The notes below the pieces were generated by a model. The model was not told where the DNA came from. It searched no databases and saw only the letters and a list, made by a program, of their open reading frames with translations. A stretch of 64,000 nt of DNA from an uncultured Thermoleophilia bacterium (GTDB lineage Bacteria > Actinomycetota > Thermoleophilia > Gaiellales > Gaiellaceae). Positions 17,454-26,787 of the stretch are shown here, piece after piece (the first letter of the stretch is position 1; the number at the start of each line of letters is the position of its first letter). The DNA is taken from NCBI GenBank assembly GCA_963769545.1, contig CAVYMB010000003.1, forward strand, positions 22,386 through 86,385. Reading direction: 5' to 3'. Made by a program: the position numbers and the translations under genes.

Positions 17454-19826
17454 ATGACGATCGCGGTCGCCTGGCTCGTCTTTCCGTTGGTCCTGGGCCT
17501 GCTGTCCCTCGGCTGCGGGCTGCTCGCCGAACGCATGGCGGGGCTCGAGATCCCGTCGCCGTTGCTCCTGCCGCTCGGGTTCGCCGTCGTCGTCGTGGCT
17601 TCCCAGTTCGCGATCGCCGGAGGTCGGACCGCACCGCTGGCGACGCCGTTCGTCGCCGCCCTCGCGGTCGTCGGTGCCGGGCTCTCGCTCCCGTGGAAGC
17701 GTCGGTTCGGAGGCTGGTGGCTCGCCGCCGCCGGCGGCGTCTTCGCGGTCTTCGCCGCGCCCTTCGTGCTCGCCGGGCGAGCGACGTTCGGCGGCTACAT
17801 CAAGCTCGACGACACCGCGACCTACCTGGCGATGCTCGATCGCGCGATGCAGCACGGCTACGACACGGCCGGGCTCGCACCCTCGACGTACGAGGCGACG
17901 CTGGCGACCAGCCTCGCCTACGGCTATCCGCTCGGCTCGGTCCTGCCGCTCGGTGTCGCCCGCGGGCTGGTCGCGCAGGACGCGGCCTGGGTCTGGCAGC
18001 CCTATCTCGCGTGCCTGGCCGTCCTGATCGCCTGCGGTCTCTATCAACTGGTGGGCGGCCTCGTCTCCTCGCCAAAGCTGCGCGCCCTCGTCGCGTTCGG
18101 CGGCGCGCAGGCGGCACTGCTCTACGGCTACGCGCTGTGGGGCGGCGTCAAGGAGCTTGCGACCGCGGTGCTCGTCGTCCTTGTCGCCGCGCTTGTCCCC
18201 CTCTCCGTCGGCGCCGGACGCAATTCGCGCACGATCGTCCCGTTCGCGGTCGGCTCGGCTGCGCTCCTCGCGGTGCTGAGCATCGGCGGGGCAGCCTGGC
18301 TCGTACCGCCGATCGCGGTGTTGCTCGTGCTCGCGTGGCGAGCGCACGGCACGGGCGCGGCGATTCGCACGGCGATCGCATTGGCCGTGGGGACGGCGCT
18401 CCTCGCCCTCCCGTCGCTCTGGCTCGCGTTCAGGTGGCTGGGGCACGCAGGTGCGTTCACGAGCGCGGACGAGCTGGGCAACCTCTTCGGCCGGCTGAGC
18501 TGGCTCCAGGCGTTCGGAATCTGGCCGAGCGGGGACTTCCGCATGTCGCCGCACGATCTCGATGTCGCGCGTGTTCTCGTCGCGCTTGCGACGGCCGCGG
18601 CCGCCGTCGCCCTCGTCGTCGCGATCCGCCGTCGCAGCTTCCCGTTGCCGATTGCGCTCGGGGCGGCTGCATTCGCCTGTGCGGTCTACGTGGGGCTCGG
18701 CTCGCCGTGGATCGGGGGCAAAGCGCTCGCCTCTGCCTCGCCGATCGTCCTCGCGGTTGCGCTCGCCGGCGCCGCCGTGATGTTCGAGACCGGCCGGCGC
18801 GTCGAGGCGATCGTCGTCGCCGTCCTCCTGTTGGGCGGCCTGCTCTGGTCGAATGCGCTGCAGTACCGGGACGTCGATCTCGCCCCGAATGCGCGGCTCG
18901 CCGAGCTGGCGACGATCGGCCACCGGTTCAGCGGTCAAGGCCCGACGTTGCTCACGGGGTACGAGCCGTACGGCGCACGGCACTTCCTGCGCGGCATGGA
19001 TGCCGAGGCGGCCTCCGAGCTCCGGCGCCGGGCGGTCGACCTACGCGCAGGCGGGACGGCCGCCACCGGCGTCTCGCCCGATCTCGACGAGCTCACGCTG
19101 GCGTCCGTCCTGGCGTACCGAACGCTCGTCCTGCCCCGGTCGGGCGTCGCCAGTCGCCCGCCGTCCGTGTACGTCCCGGTCTGGACCGGGCGGTTCTACC
19201 AGGTCTGGCGGCGCCCGAGCTACGCCGGCTCGATCATCGAGCACCTGTCGATCGGCAGTCGTCTCCAGCCTGCGGCGGTCCCGTCCTGCGCCGCGCTCGT
19301 GACGCTTGCCCGGCTCGCCGCCGCCGAGAACGGCGAGCTCGCCGCCGTCGGGCGTCCGCCTGCCGTCGTGATCGAGACGGACGGCAAGGTGGGTCAGCCG
19401 TCGTCGTTCGGAGAGTACGGCGAGTCGCCGGAATCGCTCTACCTGACGGCGCCGTACTCGTCGACGGCGAGCTTCAGCGTGCCGACAGGCGCCCGTTACG
19501 GCGTCTGGGTCGGAGGCTCGTTCAAGTCCGCGGTGAGCATCCTCGTCGACGGCCGGCGTGTCGGCGGCGCACGCGACTCGCTCAATTGGCCGGACACTTT
19601 CACTTCGATCGGGACGCTCCGGCTGTCGCCCGGGCCTCATACGCTCGTCTTTCGCTACACAGGACCCGGGCTGCGACCGGGGAGCGGCGGCATTCCGCCG
19701 TTCGGCGTCGGCCCGATCGTGCTGAGCGCGGCGACGGAGGGCAGCGGGGTCACGTACGTTCGCCCGTCGAGCGTCCGCTCGCTCTGCGGGAAGAGCCTCG
19801 ACTGGGTCGAGGCGCTGCGCGGCTGA
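17454..19826 (+). CDS. Large polytopic membrane protein (791 aa) with C-terminal extracytoplasmic beta-rich domain; possibly GT-C-like glycosyltransferase
   Basis: Part of listed ORF 17319..19826, with ATG at 17454 (MTIAVAWLVFPLVLGLL). There are more than 10 hydrophobic segments in the first ~480 aa. The soluble C-terminal ~300 aa contains FKSAVSILVDGRRVGG..LRLSPGPHTLVFRY. Confidence 0.7.
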   Translation: MTIAVAWLVFPLVLGLLSLGCGLLAERMAGLEIPSPLLLPLGFAVVVVASQFAIAGGRTAPLATPFVAALAVVGAGLSLPWKRRFGGWWLAAAGGVFAVFAAPFVLAGRATFGGYIKLDDTATYLAMLDRAMQHGYDTAGLAPSTYEATLATSLAYGYPLGSVLPLGVARGLVAQDAAWVWQPYLACLAVLIACGLYQLVGGLVSSPKLRALVAFGGAQAALLYGYALWGGVKELATAVLVVLVAALVPLSVGAGRNSRTIVPFAVGSAALLAVLSIGGAAWLVPPIAVLLVLAWRAHGTGAAIRTAIALAVGTALLALPSLWLAFRWLGHAGAFTSADELGNLFGRLSWLQAFGIWPSGDFRMSPHDLDVARVLVALATAAAAVALVVAIRRRSFPLPIALGAAAFACAVYVGLGSPWIGGKALASASPIVLAVALAGAAVMFETGRRVEAIVVAVLLLGGLLWSNALQYRDVDLAPNARLAELATIGHRFSGQGPTLLTGYEPYGARHFLRGMDAEAASELRRRAVDLRAGGTAATGVSPDLDELTLASVLAYRTLVLPRSGVASRPPSVYVPVWTGRFYQVWRRPSYAGSIIEHLSIGSRLQPAAVPSCAALVTLARLAAAENGELAAVGRPPAVVIETDGKVGQPSSFGEYGESPESLYLTAPYSSTASFSVPTGARYGVWVGGSFKSAVSILVDGRRVGGARDSLNWPDTFTSIGTLRLSPGPHTLVFRYTGPGLRPGSGGIPPFGVGPIVLSAATEGSGVTYVRPSSVRSLCGKSLDWVEALRG

Positions 19827-19838
19827 GCCGAACGGCGG

Positions 19839-21611
19839 CTACTGGCAGATCACGTAGGCCTGCACGGTCATCCTGTTCACACCCGTGAGAACCTGGAAGA
19901 CGATGCCGACGACCGTCCACTGTGTGGCCGAGCTCGGATAGGACGTCTCCATCGCGACTCGCGCTTGGCCGGCCGTGACCTGACCGCCGCCGCCGAGCGC
20001 CTTGCCGGTCGCGCACGAGGCCGTGGCCGTGACGGTCGTCCCGACCGCAGCGGCCGCCGCACTCTGCTGCGCCGTGCCCGTGACGATCGTCGGGTTCGAG
20101 GGGCCGGTCGCCCCGGTCGGTCCCTTGGCGCCGGTCGTGCCCTTCGCACCGGTGACGCCCTTCGGGCCTTGCGTGCCGGTGGGGCCCTTCGCCCCCGTCG
20201 TGCCCTTGGATCCCGTCGTTCCGGTCGTGCCCTTGGCGCCGGTCGTGCCCTTCGCACCGGTGACGCCCTTCGGGCCCTGCGTACCGGTCGGCCCCTTCGT
20301 GCCGGTTGTGCCCTTGGCGCCGTTCGAGCCGGTCGCGCCCTTCGAGCCGGTCGCGCCCTTCGAGCCCGTCGCGCCCTTCGATCCGGTCGCGCCCTTCGCA
20401 CCGTTCGAGCCGGTCGAGCCCGTCACGCCCTTCGATCCGGTGACGCCCTTCGGCCCCTGCGTGCCGGTCGGGCCTTTCGCGCCCGCGGCGCCGGTCGCCC
20501 CGGTCACGCCCTTTGCCCCTGTCGTCCCCTTCGCGCCGGTCGTCCCGGTGGCGCCCTTGGCGCCGGTGCTGCCGGTCGCACCCTTGGCACCGGTCGACCC
20601 GGTTGCGCCCTTGGCGCCGGTTGCGCCGGTCGTCCCCGTTGTGCCCTTGGCGCCGGTGCTGCCGGTCGCTCCCTTCGCGCCGGTCGACCCGGTTGCGCCC
20701 TTGGCGCCCGTCGCCCCGGTCGGCCCGCGCGTGCCGGTCGGACCTGCTGCGCCCGTCGCTCCGGTTGCGCCCTTCGCTCCGGTCACGCCCTTGGCGCCGG
20801 TGCCACCGGTCGCACCCTTCGCCCCGGTCGCGCCCTCGGCGCCGGCTGGGCCGGTCGGGCCGACGATCCCGGTCGGTCCTCGTGCGCCCGCTGCTCCAGT
20901 CGCCCCCTTGGCACCGGTCGCTCCCGTCGCGCCCTTGGCCCCATTCGAGCCGGTCGTTCCCTTGGCCCCCGTGGCGCCCTGGTCGCCGGTCGCGCCGGTC
21001 GTGCCCTTTGCTCCGGTGGCTCCGGTGGTTCCTCTGGGGCCGCCCGCTCCCGTGGGGCCAGCGATGCCGGTCGGTCCGCGCGCGCCGGTCGCTCCGGTGG
21101 CGCCCTTGGCGCCCGCTGTCCCGGTTGCGCCCTTGGCGCCGCTCGCGCCGGTGGCACCCTTCGGTCCGGTTGCACCGGTCGGCCCGCTGCCGGAGCCGGA
21201 CGGTCCCTGAATGCCCTGAATGCCCTGGACGCCCTGGGCGCCCTGCGCGCCCGTCGGCCCGGGCGGGCCGGGGGCGCCGCTCGCACCCGTCGGGCCCTTC
21301 GGCCCCGGCGGCCCGGCACTCGCGGTCGTGAGCGGGATGCGGTAGATGTGGCCTTTGCCGGCGTTGCAGAAGCCGAGGCGGATGTTCAGGTCGCCGACGC
21401 TCTCGTTGGAGCCGGCCGTCTGGATGCAGACGACCAGGAACTGGGGTGTCGGCGCCTTCCCGTGCGACGAACGCGCCTGGGCGGGGGCGGTCGCGAGCGC
21501 GAGGGCGGCGACGAGCGCGAATGCCGTCCCCGCAGCCGCGCGCAAACAGGAAGAACCCCTCCGTCGGGTCCCCGCCGCTTCGCCTATGCACTGCTGCCGT
21601 CCTGGACCCAT
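19839..21611 (-). CDS. Bacterial collagen-like (Gly-X-Y triple-helix repeat) secreted protein
   Basis: Listed ORF. The leader is [32 protein letters not shown], followed by a ~50-aa N-domain, ~405 aa of GXY triplets ([16 protein letters not shown]...) and an 86-aa Cys-containing C-terminal domain. Confidence 0.85.
   Translation of the reverse strand: MGPGRQQCIGEAAGTRRRGSSCLRAAAGTAFALVAALALATAPAQARSSHGKAPTPQFLVVCIQTAGSNESVGDLNIRLGFCNAGKGHIYRIPLTTASAGPPGPKGPTGASGAPGPPGPTGAQGAQGVQGIQGIQGPSGSGSGPTGATGPKGATGASGAKGATGTAGAKGATGATGARGPTGIAGPTGAGGPRGTTGATGAKGTTGATGDQGATGAKGTTGSNGAKGATGATGAKGATGAAGARGPTGIVGPTGPAGAEGATGAKGATGGTGAKGVTGAKGATGATGAAGPTGTRGPTGATGAKGATGSTGAKGATGSTGAKGTTGTTGATGAKGATGSTGAKGATGSTGAKGATGTTGAKGTTGAKGVTGATGAAGAKGPTGTQGPKGVTGSKGVTGSTGSNGAKGATGSKGATGSKGATGSKGATGSNGAKGTTGTKGPTGTQGPKGVTGAKGTTGAKGTTGTTGSKGTTGAKGPTGTQGPKGVTGAKGTTGAKGPTGATGPSNPTIVTGTAQQSAAAAAVGTTVTATASCATGKALGGGGQVTAGQARVAMETSYPSSATQWTVVGIVFQVLTGVNRMTVQAYVICQ
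20100..21314. repeat. In-frame 9-nt periodic (Gly-X-Y) coding repeat of the collagen-like gene
   Basis: There are long runs of ggcgcccttggcgccggt-type units. All six reading frames stay open here, which explains the many overlapping track ORFs at 19877..21331. Confidence 0.85.
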
Positions 21612-21902
21612 GCCGTCCTGTCAGGTCGGGTACTGCTTCGCCGCGGCCGATACTACGGGACCGGCCGGAGGGCGTGCTCGGGGGTCGGTTCGCGCGCAGC
21701 GACCAGCTACTCCGAGGGCGAGCGGGGGCCAGCACCGAAGCAGTCGCGGCGACCCACGTACCGCCCACGAACGGGCCGGCGACGGCGTTGTTTCTCGGAG
21801 TTCGGACATCTCCCGACGGTTCCTTGACCGAAATGCCGCAATGTGCGGGGTCGACGGTCGCGTCCTGCCGCAGGGCGGCGTTAGAGTCGCGCGAGCGGCG
21901 GA

Positions 21903-22400
21903 ATGAAGGGGAGACTCCGATCCTGGCGCGTCTGGTGGCGCGATCGCGTCCCACTTGAAGACAAGATCGTCGCCGGACTCTTTGGCCTAGTCGCGATCCT
22001 GGTTGCGGGGTGGGTCGCCGCGAACAGCCTGTCGACGGCGAGCGCAGGAGCGGCATCAACGCTGCCGCTGGTCGAGACAGTCGAGCGGGTCGTCACCGTC
22101 CACGAGGCCGGGAAGTCCGTAACCACCCGCGTTCCCGTGGTGCGGGATGTTGCCGTCCCGCGAACGAAGACCGATCCCGTGACGACCGTTGTGCGCACCG
22201 AGACCGCCTATGGCACGACCACGGTGACCGTGCCCACCGTCGTCACCCATCTCGTCACCGCGCCGGCCCAAACAGTGACGCAGGCCGTGAGCCAGCTGGT
22301 GACCACGACCGTGACGAAGGTGGAGTGGCGGGTGATCACGGTGGTGCAGAAGTCCAAGCCGGTCACCGTCACGGTAACCACTCCCGCACCTACGCCCTAA
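21903..22400 (+). CDS. Membrane-anchored Thr/Val-rich hypothetical protein (165 aa)
   Basis: Listed ORF with an ATG start and the TM segment IVAGLFGLVAILVAGWVAA. The extracellular part is dominated by T/V (TTVTVPTVVTHLVTAPAQTVTQAVSQLVTTTVTKV). Confidence 0.5.
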   Translation: MKGRLRSWRVWWRDRVPLEDKIVAGLFGLVAILVAGWVAANSLSTASAGAASTLPLVETVERVVTVHEAGKSVTTRVPVVRDVAVPRTKTDPVTTVVRTETAYGTTTVTVPTVVTHLVTAPAQTVTQAVSQLVTTTVTKVEWRVITVVQKSKPVTVTVTTPAPTP

Positions 22401-22467
22401 CACGCGACGCCCGGCTCGCGGCGTAACGTGAGGCTGAGCAGGCGGTCTAGACGGCCGAGGTGCCCAG

Positions 22468-23160
22468 TTGAACGACGTGCCAGACCCCGGTCGCCCCTAC
22501 GGGCGGCGTGCGTTCCTGCTCCTGCTGGCGGGCGGCATCTCGTCACTCGGGTGGGCGGGTTGGGCGGCGAGGCCGATGGCGCCCTTCACGTCGGCGTTCT
22601 CGCAGCTGCTCGGAAACCTCTTCCCGATCGGCGGCTGGCGGATCTACACGATCTCCGGCTCGATGCCGATCTTCGACGAGCAGTCGTGGCGGCTCGAGAT
22701 CACCGGGCTCGTGCGCCGGCCGGTCAGCCTGACGTACGCGGAGCTGCGGGCGCTGCCGCGCGCCGAGCAGGTGAGCGACTTCCACTGTGTGACGGGCTGG
22801 TCGGTGCCCAAGGTGCGCTGGGCGGGCGTGCGCTTCGACGACCTCCTCGCGACCGCGCAGCCGCTCCCGCAGGCGACCGCGATCAACTTCGTCTCGCTCG
22901 AGGTTCCGTACGTCGACTCCTTGACGCTGCAGCAGGCGCGGCTTCCGAACGTGATGCTCGCGCTCGACCTCGACGGGAAGCCGCTCTCGCGTCCACACGG
23001 CTCGCCGGCACGCGTCGTGATCCCGGAGATGTACGGCTACAAGGGCGTCAAGTGGCTCACGCGCATGGAGCTGGTCGCCCAGCAGCCGCAGGGGTTCTGG
23101 GAACAGCACGGCTACGACCAGAACGCGTGGGTGGGGCGTTCGAACGGCTATGGCACGTAA
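22468..23160 (+). CDS. Molybdopterin-dependent oxidoreductase, sulfite-oxidase fold (MsrP/YedY-like)
   Basis: Listed ORF with a Tat-type leader GRRAFLLLLAGG. Motifs SDFHCVTGWS and PEMYGYKGVKWL are present. Confidence 0.8.
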   Translation: MNDVPDPGRPYGRRAFLLLLAGGISSLGWAGWAARPMAPFTSAFSQLLGNLFPIGGWRIYTISGSMPIFDEQSWRLEITGLVRRPVSLTYAELRALPRAEQVSDFHCVTGWSVPKVRWAGVRFDDLLATAQPLPQATAINFVSLEVPYVDSLTLQQARLPNVMLALDLDGKPLSRPHGSPARVVIPEMYGYKGVKWLTRMELVAQQPQGFWEQHGYDQNAWVGRSNGYGT

Positions 23161-23797
23161 AGGCCGCCGCCTACCACGGTTCAGCCGGACGCTCCGCGTC
23201 GTCCACTGGGTGCATGCGACCGCGTTCGTGATCCTGCTCGGCTCGGGGCTCTGCCTCTACCTTCCGAGCCTCTCCGAGTCCGTCAACCGGCGACCCCTGC
23301 TGAAGACGATCCATCTCTACACCGCGCTGGCCTGGATCGTGGCGCTGGCGCTGGTCGTCCTCCTCGGCAATCGGCGCGAGCTCGCGCGGGCAGCGCGCGA
23401 GATCGACCGCTTCGACGCCGACGACCTCGCGTGGCTCCGCGGACGCCGAGCACCGCAGGGCTGGCTGAATGCGGGCCAGAAGCTCAATGCGATCGTCACC
23501 GCAGTGTTCGGGCTGCTGTTCGCGATCTCCGGCTTCTTCCTCTGGTACGGCGAGCGTGACACCCGGTTCCGGCTCCCGAACGCCCTGCTCGTCCACGACT
23601 GGCTGATGTACGTCTCGTTCTTCCTGTTCGTCGGGCACCTGTGGCTGTCCCTGATCTACCCGGCGACGAGGCAAGCCCTGAGCGGCATGACGCGGGGCTG
23701 GGTCGACGAGGACTGGGCGCGCAAGCATCACCCGAAGTGGGTCGAGCAGCTCGAGGAGACCGAAAGCCAGGCTCGACCGGTTGTCACGAGTCGTTAA
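23150..23797 (+). CDS. Cytochrome b (Ni-hydrogenase/FdnI-type b561) membrane subunit
   Basis: Listed ORF whose ATG overlaps the upstream gene by 11 nt. RFSRTLRVVHWVHATAFVILL and 4 TM segments carry conserved His residues. Confidence 0.8.
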   Translation: MARKGRRLPRFSRTLRVVHWVHATAFVILLGSGLCLYLPSLSESVNRRPLLKTIHLYTALAWIVALALVVLLGNRRELARAAREIDRFDADDLAWLRGRRAPQGWLNAGQKLNAIVTAVFGLLFAISGFFLWYGERDTRFRLPNALLVHDWLMYVSFFLFVGHLWLSLIYPATRQALSGMTRGWVDEDWARKHHPKWVEQLEETESQARPVVTSR

Positions 23798-23849
23798 CAG
23801 GTTGTCGGCTGCATGGCCGTAGGGGTGTTGCTACGGTCCTGCCCGGGAC

Positions 23850-25739
23850 ATGAGGTGGTCACCTGTGATCGCCCTCGCGTCCGGTGTCTTGCTGGTTTCG
23901 GCGCCAGTCGGGAATGCCGAGCGGGGGATGTTCGTCGGGGTCTCGGACGACGCGTTCGAATGGAACACGGCGCCGATGGTCGCAACGGCGAACGACCTCG
24001 GGTTGCGTGCGGTGCGCGTCGCGTTGGACTGGACGCCCGGGCAGCGGGCATTGTCGGCAGGGGATCGCGCGGCGCTCGGCCGGGTCGTCGCCGGCGCCGG
24101 CGGGCTGCGGATCGTCCTCGCCGCGTTCAACCAGGGCTACCCGCCGCTCGACGACGGCAGCCGCGACGCGTACTGCTCGTACGTCGCCGACGCGATCACG
24201 CACTTCCCGAGCATCAACGACGTCGTGATCTGGAACGAGCCGAACCTGAGTGGCTTCTGGCGCCCCCAGTTCGGTCCGCCGGGTCAAAGCGCGCCCGAAC
24301 AGTACGAGGCGCTGCTCGCGCATTGCTACGACGTGCTGCACGGGCTTCGGCCGACGATCGACGTGATCGCACCGGCAACGTCCGTCTGGGGAAACGACAA
24401 CCCGAACGCGTTCTCGAACATCTCGCACTCGCCGACAACCTTCATCGAGGACATGGGCGCGGCGTATCGCGCGAGCGGGCGCACCGCCCCGCTCTTCGAC
24501 ACCGTCGGCCACCATCCGTACCCGACGAGCTCGAACGAGCGACCGTGGGTGGTGCACTCGGACCCGACGATCATCTCGCTCGGCGATCTCGAGCGACTGC
24601 TCTCGGTTCTCCAGCAAGCGTTCGGTGGAACCGCGCAGAAGCTGCCGCAGGACGGCGTTCCGATCTGGTACCTCGAGACCGGCTACCAGACGACGATCCC
24701 CGCGTCGAAGAGCGCGCTCTACTTCGGCACCGAGGACTGGCCCGGCGCCGTGCCCGACCTGGTGTCACCCGAGCCGCCTGACGTCAGCCCGCCGGATTCG
24801 AGCCCGGCGCCCGACCAGGCGACCCAGCTCACCGACGAGCTGGAGATGACCTATTGCCAGCCTTACGTCGCTGCGGATTTCAACTTCATGCTCCAGGATC
24901 AGGCGTCGCTCGGCGGGTGGCAGTCCGGCCTGCTCTGGGTCGACGGCACCCGCAAGGGGTCGTACGACGCCTTCAAGGCAGCCGTCGCCCAGGTGAACGC
25001 CGGCACGGTCAACTGCAGCCTCGTCAGCGGCGCGCCGCTCGTCACCGCTCCACCGCTCAAGCCGACGACGTCGCTGACCGTGCCGGCCGTCGCGAAGGCG
25101 ACCGGGCCGCCGCCGAAGCGTCGCGTGACGAAGGTCACCTACGTCGGCGCCAAGCGTGCGCCGTTCGGGTTCCTGCACCTGCGTGCACGGCTCTCCGTCG
25201 GCGTCCACGCCAGCAGGGTCGTGCTCGCCGGACGCCATGTGTTCTTCGCGGTCGGGAAGAAGATCTACCGCGCGACGACGAACCGCGCGGGAATCGCCCA
25301 GGTCGTGCCGAGCTCGCCGCTCGCCCTGGGGATGCACCGCATCTCCGTCCGCTACCACGGCGACGCCACAAACCTCGGCTCGGGGATCCGCGTGAACGCA
25401 GTGGTCGTCAACTCGTCGGTGGCGGTGACCTCGAAGGGCGTTCTCCGCCTTTCCGACCGCCGCTCGCTGCAGTTCTCGGTGACGTCCGACGGCGGGGCGG
25501 CGAACGGGGATGTGACGATTCGCGAGCCGGGGCTCCATCGTACGGTGGCGATCGGCGCGATCGGCATGCGCGGCGACGGCGCGACAGCCTGGTTGCGTGG
25601 CAGCGACCCGAAGGGTCGCCGCTATCTCGTCCATCTCCAGCGGGTCCCCGGGACGCCTCGCGTGCGCGTCGAGATCGTCGGCGCGGCAACGATCAGGGCG
25701 ACGGTGCCGGCCCGCCGAATCTCGTTCGTCCGGCGCTGA
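23850..25739 (+). CDS. Secreted glycoside-hydrolase-like (clan GH-A TIM barrel) protein with C-terminal Ig-like region
   Basis: Listed ORF with the signal peptide MRWSPVIALASGVLLVSAPVGNA. Motifs VVIWNEPN and WYLETGYQ are present. A Pro-rich linker precedes a beta-rich C-terminal half. Confidence 0.55.
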   Translation: MRWSPVIALASGVLLVSAPVGNAERGMFVGVSDDAFEWNTAPMVATANDLGLRAVRVALDWTPGQRALSAGDRAALGRVVAGAGGLRIVLAAFNQGYPPLDDGSRDAYCSYVADAITHFPSINDVVIWNEPNLSGFWRPQFGPPGQSAPEQYEALLAHCYDVLHGLRPTIDVIAPATSVWGNDNPNAFSNISHSPTTFIEDMGAAYRASGRTAPLFDTVGHHPYPTSSNERPWVVHSDPTIISLGDLERLLSVLQQAFGGTAQKLPQDGVPIWYLETGYQTTIPASKSALYFGTEDWPGAVPDLVSPEPPDVSPPDSSPAPDQATQLTDELEMTYCQPYVAADFNFMLQDQASLGGWQSGLLWVDGTRKGSYDAFKAAVAQVNAGTVNCSLVSGAPLVTAPPLKPTTSLTVPAVAKATGPPPKRRVTKVTYVGAKRAPFGFLHLRARLSVGVHASRVVLAGRHVFFAVGKKIYRATTNRAGIAQVVPSSPLALGMHRISVRYHGDATNLGSGIRVNAVVVNSSVAVTSKGVLRLSDRRSLQFSVTSDGGAANGDVTIREPGLHRTVAIGAIGMRGDGATAWLRGSDPKGRRYLVHLQRVPGTPRVRVEIVGAATIRATVPARRISFVRR

Positions 25740-25912
25740 TGTCGTTCAGCCTGCTGGCGAGCGCTGCCGGGACGGTCGCGCTCGCTCTGTGGCTGGTCGG
25801 TGTCGCGGGCAGGCTCGGCACCAACCCGACGGAGAACTGGATCCTGTTCACAGGCGGGATCGGGCTCGTCGCCGTGTCAGGCGCCGGAGCCGTTCTTCCG
25901 CGCCGCGACTAG
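25739..25912 (+). CDS. Possible small two-TM membrane protein (57 aa)
   Basis: This is the tail of listed ORF 24854..25912, with ATG at 25739 overlapping the previous TGA. The sequence is MSFSLLASAAGTVALALWLVGVAG...ILFTGGIGLVAVSGAGAVL. It overlaps the 3' end of xdhC by 36 nt. Confidence 0.35.
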   Translation: MSFSLLASAAGTVALALWLVGVAGRLGTNPTENWILFTGGIGLVAVSGAGAVLPRRD

Positions 25913-26770
25913 CTCGGCCATGATCTCGAGCGCGATCTCCGCCGGCGTCTCGCCGCCCAGGTCGAGCCCGACCGGGCCGTGGATCGAGTCGGCCACCTCG
26001 CCGAGCTTCTCCCTGCGCTTCTCCTGGGCCCGTCGCGAGCCAAGTGCGCCGACGTAGAACGCCCCTCCCTCGACGCCGCGCCGCAGCGCGGGCAGGTCGA
26101 GCCGCTCCTCGTGCACCAGCGACACGAGCGCCGTGTCCTCGTCGACCTCGATGTTCTCGGGCCACTCGACGATGATCTCGTCCGCGCTCGGCACACGGTC
26201 CCGGGTCGCGAGCCCTGCGCGCGGATCGACAACGACGGAGTGCCAGCCGAGCGGGCGCGCAAGCGCGCACATCGCCTCGGCGATGTCACCTGCGCCGACC
26301 GCGACGAGCCGAGGCGGCGGCGCCACGGACTCGACGAACACCGTCCGTGCCTCCTCCTCCCGAAGATGCGTCGAAGACCGGGTGTCGTCGTGCCACCGGT
26401 TGCCGACGTCCTCGCCGGCGACGATGACGTAGCTCGTGCCGCGAATGATCGGCGGCGCGCCGCCGAACCGTTCGACGAAGACGTCGATCTCGCCGCCGCA
26501 CGGCAGGCCGACGGTCCACGCCTCGTCGTCGGCGATCCCGTACGAGACCATGTGGGGAGCCTCTCCGCCGAGCACCGGCTTTGCACGCTCGGCGACATCT
26601 GCCTCGACGCAGCCGCCGGAGACCGAGCCGAAGAGGCGGCCCGACGCACTGATCGCAAGCTTCGAGCCGAGCGGCCGCGGCGCGCTGCGCCTCGTCGCGA
26701 CGACTGTCGCGAGTGCGACGTCCTCACCCTCCGCACGCCACTGTTCCGCGCGTTCCAAGACCTCGTCCAC
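25877..26770 (-). CDS. xdhC: XdhC/CoxI family molybdenum-cofactor insertion accessory protein
   Basis: Listed ORF. VALATVVATRRSAPRPLGSKLAISASGRLFGSVSGGCVE and the Rossmann-like part RLVAVGAGDIAEA fit the family. Confidence 0.8.
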   Translation of the reverse strand: MDEVLERAEQWRAEGEDVALATVVATRRSAPRPLGSKLAISASGRLFGSVSGGCVEADVAERAKPVLGGEAPHMVSYGIADDEAWTVGLPCGGEIDVFVERFGGAPPIIRGTSYVIVAGEDVGNRWHDDTRSSTHLREEEARTVFVESVAPPPRLVAVGAGDIAEAMCALARPLGWHSVVVDPRAGLATRDRVPSADEIIVEWPENIEVDEDTALVSLVHEERLDLPALRRGVEGGAFYVGALGSRRAQEKRREKLGEVADSIHGPVGLDLGGETPAEIALEIMAELVAARKNGSGA

Positions 26771-26787
26771 GCAAGAATCCTAGTCCG

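Noticed and set aside
15923-17536. N-terminal 538 codons of the 1286-aa track ORF 13676..17536, and likewise the 5' extensions of 791..3022, 2005..3306, 11183..13063 and 33563..34951
   Set aside because: The extensions overlap real genes on the other strand and are Arg/Pro-rich. In each case an internal ATG with an RBS or an operon overlap gives a protein of normal family length with a proper N-terminus or signal peptide.
20100-21314. Highly periodic DNA repeat that could be taken for a CRISPR array, a satellite or a mobile-element repeat
   Set aside because: The period is 9 nt with no unique spacers, and it is entirely in frame as Gly-X-Y codons of one long ORF with defined N- and C-terminal domains. 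The other five open frames here (track ORFs 19877..21331) are by-products of the repeat.
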